Assembly: GCA_965153285.1 (NCBI GenBank) | Contig: OZ229117.1 | Length of the DNA stretch: 64,000 bases | Reading direction: 5' to 3' (one strand) | DNA from: Podarcis tiliguerta | Taxonomy: Eukaryota | In this document: in pieces, positions 40,401-52,222 of the stretch | How the letters are laid out: each line of letters starts with the position of its first letter | How positions within the stretch are numbered: position 1 is the first letter of the stretch | Notes under the pieces: model-generated | Database searches by the model: none | What the model was told of the DNA's origin: nothing | What the model saw: only the letters and a program-made list of their open reading frames with translations | Position numbers and translations under genes: made by a program

Positions 40401-43400
40401 TGCAAGCCAAACACTTGGTTCTGTGGAGCCTTTCTTGCAGGAATCCAAACAGATAACAGGGGCCATGGAAGCAAGACCTACTGAGGAGGCCTACGCGATG
40501 CCTAACATCATCATCACCTCTCTCGGCAGGTGAGCCTGTTGGCAAAGGCATTAAGAGGAGCAGGTGAGCGCACCTTAGTGACATAATGGTAGGTGTGTTT
40601 GAACTGTGTCTTCCATCTGCCGCAGCTAGCATGGCCAATGGGACTTGTAGTCCTACAACATCTGGAGGAAACCATGCTGGCTACCCCTGTGTACATGAAG
40701 GGCGGCAGAGAGAATGCCCCCCATGGGCCTCAAGAGATGGCAGGAGTGCACCCAGCACAAAGCCCAGGAGCAACTGACTGGATACAGAAGGCTCTATTGC
40801 TCTATCTCCTTGGGATGAGGGTCTACTTGGCTGAGATAAGATCCAGCTGCAAACAATGACTCAGCAGATGATAAGGAAGAAGAGGAGCAGCAGGCAGGAA
40901 GAGCTTAAGGGCCTTCCTCTCAGGCCCTTGCTGGCTTAACAGTTTTCCAGCTCCCACACCAGGTGCTCATCATGAACAAAACTGCCCTTGCTGCTGTCCC
41001 AGGTGTGTTTCTGGCCTGTTAAGAAACCAAAGAATACAAAAAAGCAGGGACAGAAAAGTAGAACTGAGGGAGGGGAGAAATGAGGAGAAAATTTAAACGT
41101 GCACTGCAGGTTATAGTGGTATAAAACGAGTTTGAGGTCTGAAGGGGTTAAATGGTTGTTTTTAATGATGCAACCTGCCCTGGGACCTTTGGGTGAAGGA
41201 CAGGTAATTAATCAAACAATGACACGGTTTTCCTAAAATGTTGGGAGGGGTTTCTGAATGAATGGGAATGACTCCCCCACTGCTTGGAAGAGAATGCTTC
41301 TGAAGAACTCTGCTGCCTTATCTCAGAGCAAAGCTGCTGGCTTTAGCCCAGGCTGGGGGTGACTCCATCATCCTTCATCATTGGCCATGATGGCTGGGGC
41401 TGATGGGACATGATGAAGGGCACAGGCTCCCCAGTCCACAGAATTATTTGGGAAACTTCAATGAAAAACCACCATGCAGGTGCTTGGGGCGGCTTCTGAT
41501 GCAGCTGGTCAGAGTAAAGGAAAGGGAAAGTAGAGGCCCTGGAGAAGGCAGGTGGGGGGGGGGGCCCTTCTCACTTGCAATTGGAGGGCCATCCTGGGCC
41601 CAGGAATAGACTCAGGGGACTCTTCAAACATCCATGGGCTTCTAAGGATTGTATGCCAGTTTTAAGAGGAAGCCTGGTGTTTTAGGAACACCCTTGGGTG
41701 TTCAGTAGTCATAAGAGGACAGGGGAAGAGAAAGGGAGGCAACTCATCAAACTGGGCATTGAATGCAGGATCCCAGCAGCCACAGGAGCTTCCATCACCT
41801 TCATGAATTATTTACTATTATTTAAAAGATGCAAGATCCGAGCCAGTTCATTTGAAGGGAGTTTACGCTCCCAGGTTTTTGCTGGTGCTTCATTCTGGTA
41901 ATTACTATGATTATAATTTTAAGTCTGTCTTAGATTATTTGTTGCATTCTATTCTGCATTACGATTTTAATTGTTCCAATGATTACTTTTCAAATGGTCA
42001 TCTACTGCCGTGGGAAGTGGCTCCTCCAGGATCTAGCTACCCACAGTTCCTGAAGCACTAGCAGTATCTAACAACACGCCCCCCCTCAACAATCTCTGCA
42101 AGGAAAACCCACACATGTGTGAGCACACGCCGCTCCCTCCTCACTTGGTATAGCCAGAAATGGAGGGGGGGGGGTTTAAGTGCATATTAAGCAAGTGAGT
42201 GACATCTGCAGCACACTGCGTTTTAATGCAAAACTAATTTTGCTGAAGCAGGGCCAGCCTTTGGATGGGTTGCCTTCCTCCCTTCTACTTTGTTGCACCA
42301 GTTACAACTCAGGTTAAGTGGGACACACAGCTTTCAGAATTGAGGCCATCTTGAGTCCCCCTTGAGAGAAGAGAAACTGGAAATCAAACTTAGCAGTAGG
42401 GGGAAAACTGGCGAGTGGGTGGGATCTGTCCAGCTCCATGATTTGATGCAGCAAGGAGAAACATGGCACTTTGTGCCTGTGCCCAACTTTGACAATGAAA
42501 TGTGGCTCGGAACAAGGTATCCAGGAAACTGCTTCATGCCTCAGGAGCCAGTGCCAGAACTGGAACCAGAAATAGAACCAGGGGTCTGGTGGGAGTTGTA
42601 GTCCAAAACACTGAGGAAGACTGATCTAGGAGAACCAACCCAAAGCTTCACTCTACCGTGTCTAGCAATCTCCTCCCAAAGGCTTCACCTGCTGGATTTT
42701 AACAGCCTCCCCACTCGTGGCCAATTTCTGCAGTGGGAATTCAGGTGCATGAGGTTGTCCATAAGGTAATCTGATGCTCAATAAACTCAGCTGCCATCAA
42801 TTTCAGCTGGCCAGATTTTCCACCTTGTCTGGGATGTGGCTCAAGATGAAGTTCAAGACAAGAGAGACTCTTTCTGTCTTGATAATTCCCCAGATCCTTA
42901 GCATGGGGCAGATGCCAGAGCCGCTAGGGCTCACTGGTGAAAAACTGGTTGTTTGAATCCTCAAAGGTTGTTGAGCCTGCTAATTTGATCCTTCCAGGTT
43001 AAATTGCCATTCTAATGTTCATTCTCCAAGAGGGTTGGCCACTTTCTCTTGTAAAGCCAGTTAGGTTGCTGATCCTCACAACTCCTGGTTGCAGTCACCC
43101 TCCTAGGGCAAACATTTTTCTAGGGTGTGTGGATTTCTTCCATGTGGCATTTTCACTTTCCTTACAAGCCATGTAAGAGAAGTAATCTTGACAGGATTGC
43201 ATAAGGGGTGGTGGTGGAGGTGGTAGAAGAGGCTCCTGCAGGACGGGCCAAGGGGCAACTACCGCCATGCTGAATCTGGCAAGGCACTGAGCGCCACTCG
43301 CCTCTGCTTTTTGCTCTCCAGGCCCAGCACCAACAACTTCCCCGCCCCCTTCCTCCATCTGCCACTGATCCACTCATTTCTCTCTAAGTCCCCCTCCCGC

Positions 43401-43649
43401 CCCTTCCTTGGTATTTAGATAAATTATCACTATGCAGAGCTTTACGGCGCTTCTACTGCGTAGGAACTAGACTAGACCAGATATAGATAGTAAATGGTGG
43501 CGAAAGGGCCCTCTGCCCATGCTCGGAGGTATCGTCTCCGCGACCGTCCAGGCTAGAACTGCTACTATGCTCAGCTCTTTCCGAAACAGCGCCTGGCCAT
43601 TTTGAAGAAGGAAAACCGTCTGATGGAGGAAGCCGAGCAGCCGGGATGG

Positions 43650-45230
43650 AGGGAAGCACAAGGCAGACGCCGCCGCGCTTGAGGGAGCCTCGGCTACCCG
43701 ATTTACAGCTTCGGCGCCGAATGAGTTAAGGCGGCAGCAGCTCCGCTCCCCCCCCCCCGCCATCCCAATGGTTTTACCCCCCCCCCCCGAAATCGCTCCT
43801 CCTGCAATGACAGCATTGTCTGGGCTGGGGGGGGGGGCGGCGACAGGCCAGCCTCGAGACACCCCCCCCCACTCCGCCCGCCGTCGCGCGTGCCCATCCT
43901 CCGCGCACTGCCTCGGGCGTCCGGCGGGCCAGGGAGCCAAGGGCGCGACGGGCTCCCCGGGAAGGGAGGCAGAGGCAAGCCCCCTTGCCTTGCGCGCCCC
44001 TCCCCGCCAGGCTTGTTTACGGGTTTCGGCCTCCCGCAGTAGCAGCAGCAGCAGCAACTCCAGCCTCCGCCCCCCGTCCCCGCATCCTCCCCATTCTGTG
44101 CAGACGGGGCGCGGCGGCGGCGGCGCCGGCCGGTCCCTTCCTTCTTCCGAAGCGGCTCACCTTCATGTCGTTGACGATGGCTTGGAAAAGGCCGCCCAGC
44201 GCCCCGCACTCCTTCTCCGCCGTCTCCATGGCCGAGCGGCGGCAGCCCGTCGAGGGGGGCCAGTCCTGACACAGCCCCGCGAAGGCGAAGGCGGCGTCTC
44301 CTCCTCCTCCCTCTGCCTCGCCGCAGCCTCTCTCTCTGTCTGTCTCTCGCGCTCGCTCGCTCGCTCGGCTCGCCTCCCTCGGTCACTTCCCGCCACGGGC
44401 GGCCCTCCGCGCTGCCGCAGCCGGGAGCGAAGGCGATGAAGAGGCGCTCCGAGCAGTGGCCATCCTCTGGCCCGGAGCAGCAACAGCGACGACGACGAGA
44501 ACGGCGGCGAGCGCCCCGCCGGCCGGGGAGGGGGAGGAAAGGAGCGTCGCCGCGCGCAAAAGGGGAGCCGGGCGGACGCCTCAGAGCGACGGGGCGCAGG
44601 AGAAGGCAGCCGGAATCCGAGGGGAAGGAGCGGAGGGGGGGGGGAGAGGGATCCAGTCACGTGGGCGATGCGGGGAGGGGGCGGGCCGGGAGGAGGGGGA
44701 GGGGCCGCCCAGGCTAGGGGCTTTGCAGGGAGAGCGGTGGAGCCGCCGCCGCCGCCACTCGTGGAGAACCCGCGGGTGACCCACAACTCCGCGCTCCGCC
44801 TGGGCAGCTTCGATGCAGCGGCTTCTTGCTCTCGCCCACCGAAGCCTGGCGCTGCCGAGGGGGCCATCGAAGACCCTCCCCTCGCCACTAACAGGAGGCG
44901 GCTGGCCCCTTGGGGACAGGAGACACCCCTCCTGTCGGACCCGAGGGGAGTGGGCGGGAGGGAGACCTGGTGGGTCTCGGCTACACATGGGGGGCGGGGT
45001 GCAGAGCAGCTGCGTTTTCTGGCTGTTGCCTCGAAGCTCCACGCTGCGTGGACGGGCTGGACTTAACCCAGCCCCCCCCCCCGTCTGCAAAATGGGAGCA
45101 ACCCTGCCCAACCTCCCCAGGGGAAGCAGGGTGGCACCACCTCACCCGAGCTTGCCTCCACAGTCGCCCGCTCTCCAAAACCTCAGACCTGGCTCGACTG
45201 CTGCCGGGGACTGAACCTGCAGCTTTCTGC
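43650..45230. promoter_or_regulatory. MTSS2: CpG island, MTSS2 promoter and 5' UTR
   Basis: Very GC- and CpG-rich around exon 1. GC box near 44677-44686, E-box GTCACGTG at 44656-44663, E2F-like GGCGGGAA (minus) at 44387-44394, G-runs at 44620-44720. The TSS cannot be determined from sequence. Confidence 0.9.
44161..44229 (-). CDS. MTSS2: MTSS2 coding exon 1 (METAEKECGALGGLFQAIVNDMK)
   Basis: ATG at 44229 in strong context (gccATGG); translation matches the MTSS2 N-terminus, not MTSS1 (MEAVIEKECSA); donor AAG|gtgagc, phase 0. Confidence 0.97.
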
Positions 45231-45265
45231 AGGCCAAGCAGCAGCTCTCCCGCTGAGCTACAGCC
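45195..45265 (-). mobile_element. tRNA-derived SINE head between VAC14 and MTSS2
   Basis: A box TAGCTCAGCGG (45250-45260) and B-box variant GGTTCAGTCCC (45207-45217); related remnants near 19367-19532, 30195-30365 and 36845. Confidence 0.65.
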
Positions 45266-45780
45266 TTCTTAATTGCAGGGCGCCCTGCTCAAGAAGCAGG
45301 GGCCTCTTGGGCTTAAAGCGAGAATAGAAACGAGGTCAAGGTCAAAGGCAACCCTGAGCCCAAAGTCCACGTGCAGGGTCTCCATGGAGTTTCTGTTTAG
45401 GCCTTGCCTCCACCTAGGTAGCAAGAGATTGCTGGTGGGGAGGTACTGGTATCATTGCATCGCTGCTGCTGCAGCAGCTGCTGCATGATTATCTCCTCTA
45501 GAAGAGGCTGCCTGTTGCATCACTGCTTGAGGCCCGGCTGTCCTAAGTAGGAGGCACAGCCAGCTATGCAAGAGAATCAGCTTCTCAAAAGGCAGGCAGA
45601 TTTTCCTGTCACAATTAGTAAACCTTTTCAACCAGAAGGCTACAAAGTGAGGTTCCAGATTTAATGCAGGTACACAGAAGGAACTGCAGAAGCCCCCGCA
45701 AGTGAGAGCTTGCAAAGAGAAGTGTGGCTATTTAGGGAGCTTTGCCTGTGGAAATGACACTCATTGATCCAGGAGAAGCC

Positions 45781-45804
45781 TTTATTTAAAAAAAAAACTT
45801 TATT
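45781..45804 (-). terminator. VAC14: Candidate distal VAC14 poly(A) signals (2x AATAAA)
   Basis: tttatt on plus at 45781-45786 and 45799-45804; UGUA at 45807-45810; U-run between the two signals. Confidence 0.6.
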
Positions 45805-46039
45805 CATACAGGACACCAAAGGTTAAATAAAATGTCAGGGTTCAGATTACTAGGGCAATGGACTTCCCCACTCTGTAATGAAAGAAAATGCCATGTCTGT
45901 TCACAGAAATGAAAGAAACCAGACCTACTTCTGAGTATAACGTGCAGGATCAGGGAGCACTTTATGCAGAGTGGATAGCAGCAGAAAGAAGGTCCAGCAC
46001 CTGCTATGGTACCTTCAGACTGGCACACAGGGTAGATTC

Positions 46040-46195
46040 ACCTTCCAACCTGCTTTCCTTCAGCTGTTTTTGACTAGAATTCCCATCAGACCCAAAATCA
46101 CATCGTCGTGTTGGCTGGGGCTGATAGAGGATCCTTTCCAGCTCTACGGTTCTATGAACTGTAGTCCAAAACAGCTGGAGGAAAAGGCTGGGTAA
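46040..46195. mobile_element. Palindromic MITE with a tiny CR1-tail-like insert, in the putative long VAC14 3' UTR
   Basis: Arms cagctgtttttgacta / tagtccaaaacagctg; internal gatcctttccagctctacggttctatga resembles a CR1 3' terminus. Confidence 0.65.
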
Positions 46196-46330
46196 GTCTT
46201 GGGCAGCAAACTGAGGTTTCAGCAGGCCCCCTTGGCCAAACAGCAGTGCAAACTGGGCAACCCCCTTGATCTCTCTCATGGCAGGGAGGATGTAGCCAAA
46301 GGAAGTGAAGTCCATTCTGCCATCAATCAT

Positions 46331-46352
46331 TTTATTTGCCATACCTTTTATT
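46331..46352 (-). terminator. VAC14: Candidate proximal VAC14 poly(A) signals (2x AATAAA)
   Basis: tttatt on plus at 46331-46336 and 46347-46352; UGUA motifs just upstream (about 46365-46377). Confidence 0.6.
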
Positions 46353-47043
46353 GCAAGGAGTGTTTTACAATAGTACAAAGAAATCCAGGCTAGAAATACA
46401 GTTGGTCTATAGAGATCTATATATACACATACACACAGGTTAGCTGTAAGCTAAGACTGTGCAGTCCAAACACATGGTTTTTTGGGGGCTGGGTGGGAAG
46501 CAGGCAAGGGAGGTGATCCTGCTGGGAGTTCATAGCAGTTGACCAACCCACACATGGGGACCAGTGTGCAAGCCCACAGGGTTGCTGAGAGGGGTCAAGG
46601 CGCTGTGGATTTGGCACCTGCGTCCCCAAATCAGTGGGGAGGAAGGGCTGCACCAGGGTTTCCCACACACCCTCCCCCCTCTCAGGCTGGAAGTGGGAAG
46701 TCCTCCCATTTCTTTTTCCCCCTCTGGCAGTAGCAAAAGCACGGCTACGACCATCAGATGACCATCACAAGGGAAGGCGAGGGCTCTTGCACCACTGCCA
46801 GAGAGGAAAAGCACATCCCAAACTACACAGCAGCTTCTTGTTCCACCTCACAAGCAAATCTTGCCTGGGAGGATCAGAAAAGGCCCCCCAGAACATGCTG
46901 GCTCGTCCCCACAGCCAGGTGACATCTCTTCAATGTGTAGCTAGCAGCAATATCCAGCCAAGGTCGCTTCTCAACTCCAAGCCATGGAGTTAAGCTACTC
47001 CAGCTGCTTGGCTGCTTCCTCTGTGTCCCTTGGGTTCCAGCCT

Positions 47044-47212
47044 TCATAAGACAGTTCTCCGATCCAGGTTCTCGCCCCGGTTGGCTCGCTGGTGCCGGAC
47101 CTGGAGGTGTTTGCTCTGGACCTTCTCAAAGTGTTGCAGCAACTCTGCGTAGTCTATGGCAGGGGTGGTGACAGAGGTCTTCTTGGAGGTGAGGCTGGCC
47201 TTTGGGCCATCC
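47044..47212 (-). CDS. VAC14: VAC14 last coding exon ([55 protein letters not shown])
   Basis: Acceptor ctctccccag; hand translation has the [14 protein letters not shown] motif of the VAC14 C-terminus; TGA at 47044-47046. Missed by the ORF track. Confidence 0.95.
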
Positions 47213-47517
47213 CTGGGGAGAGGGAAGAGAGAGCATCAGGGGGTGGGGACTGTTGCCAACAGCCTTGTGGCCAGAAAGAGGGGCTGGGGACTGGAAGACA
47301 CATGAACTCTTGAGATAATCACCACTCAGGTGCCCATGGATGCAATAGTAAAAAAGAAGGGCAATGCTGTGACCACCTCTACTCCATCTCCCTGCAATCA
47401 TATGCAGGTACAGCGGGACCCTTTTGTGCTCAACCAATCCCTTTGAGGAAGGGGAAATGTTCTTGAAGTTGCACAAGACCTCTTGGTATTCTTGCTCACT
47501 ACAGACTATCTCTGATA

Positions 47518-47612
47518 ATAGAATCATAGTATCACAGAGTTGGAAGGGACCTCAAGTGTCATCAAGCCCAATCCTCTGCAATGCAGGGATCTCAGCTAAA
47601 GCATCCATAACA
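47518..47612 (-). mobile_element. CR1 3' terminus
   Basis: atagaatcatagtatcacagagttggaagggacc; same type as 4076-4250. Confidence 0.7.
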
Positions 47613-49722
47613 TATTGCAATCCATACGTTTACAAATAACTGAATTGTTGCTTCAGAGAAAATATATCTGATACTGTTTTAATATTCAGGATTTCTCTTC
47701 CCAATCTCATAGAAGGGTAAGCTAAAATGCAAATATTAAAACCACAGAAATCCAACCCAGGTGCAACGAATCTGAGTCAGCCACAAGAGCTTTGCTCCAC
47801 CTGAAGTTCAACACAGTTGGCCTTCAGAATTGGCAGGCAAGTGGCTGCCCAAGGCGATGCCCCCCACCTCTGACCCCCATTTCCTGAATATGCAGCTTGA
47901 GACTGATCTTGATTCTCATGCAGAGACCTCAAGGGCAACGAGGAATAATGCCTGCCAAGCTCTTCAGTGCTCTTGAGCCATCCCCATTTATCTCAAAGTG
48001 GTGTCTGCCTGCAACTTCCTTCATTCAAAGCCAATCATGTTCTTGAAAAAGATTGGTTTTCTGAACCAGAAATGTACAAGGGCTGTTTTCAACATGGAGG
48101 TCTCCAAGATCCTCCCAACTGACTTGTATTTTGCTTTGTTTTCGTTCACGACATTTGTGGACTGCCCTTCATAATATTTATCTTCATAATATTTATCCCA
48201 GGGCAGCATGCTGAGGAACCTCTCCTTGTGCTCTGTAGATTGTTCTGGGGCATGCAATCAGTTCACATGGCATGAACTAGTTTATTGCAAACCATATACA
48301 CCCAAAAACTCCCCTGTGGTTGCAGATTGCAGGGGAAGATGGAAGCAGACATGTGAGCAGTGTCCTGTCTGCCTTCACTCATCTTCTCACTGAGGAAGCC
48401 CTTAAAAGCTACCATTACAACCTAGACAGTTTGAAAAAAGGACCTTGGCTGGATCACCCATCACAGCCTCAAGCAGAGAAATTTGCAGCCAACCAACCGT
48501 CCCTCCCTATCAAGAGGGAGGGAAGCAAAGAGGTTTCCCTCCATGGCTCCCCACAAATGCCAGGAATGACATGTACATGCAAGGATGCTGTGTTTCCTCA
48601 TAGGACAATTGTGAAGGTCTCACAGCCAAGACAAGATGACCTGGGCAGTTTGAATCTCGTCCTCTCTGCTTCCTACAAGCTCCCAACATTCATAATGGGG
48701 CAAGAAGGGCCCTTTATCCTAGCCTGCCCATTTGGTGTGACTAATCCAGGGTGTATTTGGAGACAAAGCCCAGTGCCTGAGCTCTGCTCAAACTGCAAAG
48801 AATTTCCTGTTTGTGCGCCTCTCCCTTTGGTAAGCGGACAGCCCAGCGGTTGGTGCTCTGTGGCTCAGCACCCTGGAACTGCAAGTGGGATGGGAAGGCA
48901 GGCAAGACGGGGGGTGGGTGGGGGGTAGATGCAGGAACAACAGCTGGAATCAGCGGCAGCAGCAACAGGGCTGCTTGAGCGGCCAGCCAGATTCCAGGAA
49001 TGGCAGGTCTTCATCAGGGAGCAATATCGCAAGAAGATCTCCTTCCATTTGCCAGCTGAAAGGCAGCTGTCTCGAGGAAGGCTCATAGCAGAGATACAAG
49101 CTAGCACACTCATGTCCACAGCTCTGTTCCCATAGTAGGTTGGCTTAATAGTGGTGAAATCGTTCTAAGTAAGCATGCTTAGGATTGCACTGTAAAGCAA
49201 ATGGCTGAATCTGTGTTTGGTGACAAACACCGAACTGAGTGCAGAATTGAGCCCACTCTGAGCTCACACCCTCCTGCTTTCTCAAAAATTGCAGGGGAAT
49301 GTGAAACACAGGGCTGATGTAAATCAAAACTGGTGTAGATGCAGACAGGTGCTTCTACAAAGGAGAAGGAAAGGAGGCTGCACCTTCTCAGATATCTCAA
49401 ATACATTATAGGCTAAAAACCAGCTGTTAGTAGACACCTGTCTCCAATCACCGGCTGATTAGCTGTGATGTCACAGAATGTTCATAAACATTACCAAGTG
49501 TCAGAACCTTGGTGAACTGCAGTTGCTAAGAGGAAAGTAGGAGGACAGTTTGACAAAGGCAAACCTCATTTAGGCCGTAAAGGCAAATGTGATGGGATGG
49601 AGGAAGCGGGGGGGGGGGGGGAGTTGCATCATACCTTAAAATAGGCAGATACACCTTGCAATGAAGCTCATGTACTTAATTATGCAAAACACACTGGACT
49701 AAATAAGACTCCTTGCAATGTT

Positions 49723-49937
49723 CAGTGGTACCTCGGGTTAAGTACTTAATTCATTCCGGAGGTCCGTACTTAACCTGAAACTGTTCTTAACCTGAAGCAC
49801 CACTTTAGCTAATGGGGCCTCCTGCTGCCACCGTGCTGCTGGAGCCCGATTTCTGTTCTTATCCTGAAGCAAAGTTCTTAACCTAAAGCACTATTTCTAG
49901 ATTAGCGGAGTGTGTAACCTGAAGCGTATGTACACTG
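49723..49937. mobile_element. Tc1/mariner (pogo/Tigger-like) MITE with damaged right TIR
   Basis: Left TIR cagtggtacctcgg; internal repeated taacctgaa; right end ...tacactg followed by ta. Confidence 0.7.
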
Positions 49938-50770
49938 TAATATTGTAACAAAATCTTACACTTATAACAACTATATGCCCCAAGTTTAAAAGTTTCTTTT
50001 TTGTAAACCACTCTGAGGTGTTTTGTTTTTTACAATCAAGCAGCACATAAATTCCATGGAATAAATTAATATTTGTGATTAGGCAACTGAACTAAATTAT
50101 TGGAAATATTAGTGTTTCTATCTAATATTTGGTAAATGATATAACTGGAGAGGGGCAGTCTAATTTTATGCATGTTTGGAAGTGCAGCTGAATTCTATGG
50201 CCTGGATTTGCCCAGGACCACAGCCTTCGTTTTAGAGAAAGTTAAAGAGAGATTTCTATAGCAAAATGCAACTGGGAAACGAATTGGGGTTTTTCATCAG
50301 CTCTCTCCCCCTCCACGGAAGGCAGCCAGCACCTTCCTTGTTCTGGAGCGCTGACTCTAGTCAGTAGGACCACAATGGGCTCCAGATGGGGCCTACTTGT
50401 CCCTAGAATTGCTGGGCAAGAGCAGAACCTGGCAAAAAATGTGGCATCTCTTGTCTCCGGTCCTTGCTCTACAGCTTGCAGAGGAAAAGAGTTGGGGATA
50501 CTTTGATGTAATCTCAAAAGTTGCAAGAGAGTTTAAGAGAAGTGTCGCTGGTCAGTGGCCACCTTCCTGCTCCTCCTGCACAACAGTTCAAAGCACTTTG
50601 CCCTCTTCCCCGGCTAATCTGTCACTGATCAACCCTTCCTTTACATGAGCCCTTGCCCACCGCCCCCAAAGAAAGCACATGCTTTGAAACACTGGAAGCA
50701 GAGCAAGCAAACTGGTCAGATTTGCCTAGCCTGCTATGATTGCAGGGTGAGGATGCTTTTGATTCAGATC

Positions 50771-50776
<6 letters not shown>

Positions 50777-50828
<52 letters not shown>

Positions 50829-50830
50829 TG
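50777..50830. repeat. Compound (TC)n(TG)n microsatellite
   Basis: Read directly. Confidence 0.95.
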
Positions 50831-51149
50831 CTGTGCACACCCATACAGGGCCAGCTCCAAACAAAACAAAACCTGCTGTTAACAGTTATCAACTTCACAA
50901 ATCCCCACCAGACACTCTCTTTCAGCAAGTCAAAAGAGACCTCCAAACTGCTGCTGACCTAAGCTGGTCCAAGAAGGAGAGCACTTCTCCAGTTCCATCC
51001 GCCTCTTTCCCTGCATTCAATGGAGCAGCAGCAGCAGCAACTGCCTTGGAAATTCATTTTCCACAAGGAAAGAAGTGAAATGTCATGATGGAAGAGTTTA
51101 GTCCTTGGCAACCAGGAGAAGGATGTTGCAAGAAGTGGGAGGTGGAGAG

Positions 51150-51900
51150 GATGGGGTTCCAAAGGGATGGAAAGACTTGGAGGATGCCAGGCATTGCAAC
51201 CCCTATGGTTGTCACCAATTGAAACAATTACAATTAAAAGAATAAACATGGATAGATGGTGGGTGACCTATAGAGATTTGTTGGACTTTTCAGGGAACAA
51301 ACCCGGACTGAAACCACTGGAAGAAGTAAGGAGCCAAGTTACTGATTGGCTTCAGTATCACCAATTACATGATATGTTTATTGACGAACAAAGAAAAATT
51401 ATTGTACAAAATGTATACACAATTATTGGAATGAGAAACAAAAGATGAGCTGATTAAAGAATCAATGACCCACTGAGCAATGGATATAGGATATAATATA
51501 GACTTAAACCTCTGGGAGAAACTTTGGGAAAAACGACCTGAAATTTACTGCATGCTACACACTGAAAGAGAATGATATGAAAATGATCCATAAATGGTAT
51601 TTAACTCCGAATAGATTGGCTAAGATGTATAAGGTGGAATCGGACTTATGTTGGAAATGCAAAGAAGTAGAAGGAACTTGTTTCCATATGTGGTGGATAT
51701 GCAAAAAAGTTAAAGTATATTGGGAAATGATATATAATCTTGTTAGCCCAAAAATGGAAAGTGAGAGAGGTCCCTAGTAAGGAAGACTGATTGGCAATTT
51801 AAGATGATAGAATATTCGGAATTAGCAGACCTAACAAGACAGAAGTGCCTGGCGTGCTCTGGTCCATGGGGTCACGAAGAGTCGGACATGACTAAACGAC

Positions 51901-51931
<31 letters not shown>

Positions 51932-51985
51932 GTAGAATATGAGAACAAGAAGAACAGGTATTTAAAGAGGAGTGGATTTTTTTGG
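51150..51985 (+). mobile_element. Degraded L1-clade LINE ORF2 C-terminal fragment
   Basis: ORF 51577-51777 reads HKWYLTP..CWKC..GTCFHMWWIC, the CCHC zinc knuckle of L1/Tx1 ORF2; stops and frameshifts nearby. Confidence 0.8.
51838..51931 (+). mobile_element. RTE/BovB-like LINE 3' end with (CAA)n tail, inserted in an L1 fragment
   Basis: gcctggcgtgctctggtccatggggtcacgaagagtcggacatgactaaacgactaaac(aac)n; 3 mismatches against the 14573 copy. Confidence 0.8.
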
Positions 51986-51987
51986 TC

Positions 51988-52222
51988 AATCCAACCTCCC
52001 AAGCGAGTCTGTTCCACCGCTGAACAGTGCTTACTGTCAGAAAATTCTTCCTGATGTTTAGTTGGAATCTCCTTTCTTGTAACTTGAATCCATTGGTTCA
52101 AGTCCTAGCCTCCGGAGCAGGATAAAACAAGCTTGCTCCATCTTCCATGTGACAGCCCTTTAGATATTTGATTATGGCTATCATATCTCCCCTCAGTCTC
52201 CTCTTTTCCAGGCCAAACATAA
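51988..52222 (-). mobile_element. CR1 ORF2 3' fragment
   Basis: ttccaccgctgaacag...aaattcttcctgatgtttagttggaatc...cagtctcctcttttccaggccaaacat is typical antisense CR1. Confidence 0.8.

Noticed and set aside
43161-43238. Possible 70-nt poison cassette (cag|...|gtaagg)
   Set aside because: Mediocre splice sites and no independent support.
45195-45265. tRNA gene
   Set aside because: Acceptor stem does not close and the T-loop is mutated; it is a SINE head.
43467-45272. Many long overlapping ORFs (up to 241 aa) on both strands
   Set aside because: Expected from scarce stop codons in a CpG island; low-complexity R/G/P/A/S translations. Only the 69-nt exon 1 is supported.
48320-48928. 202-aa plus-strand ORF in the last VAC14 intron
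   Set aside because: Non-ATG start and no recognisable protein features.
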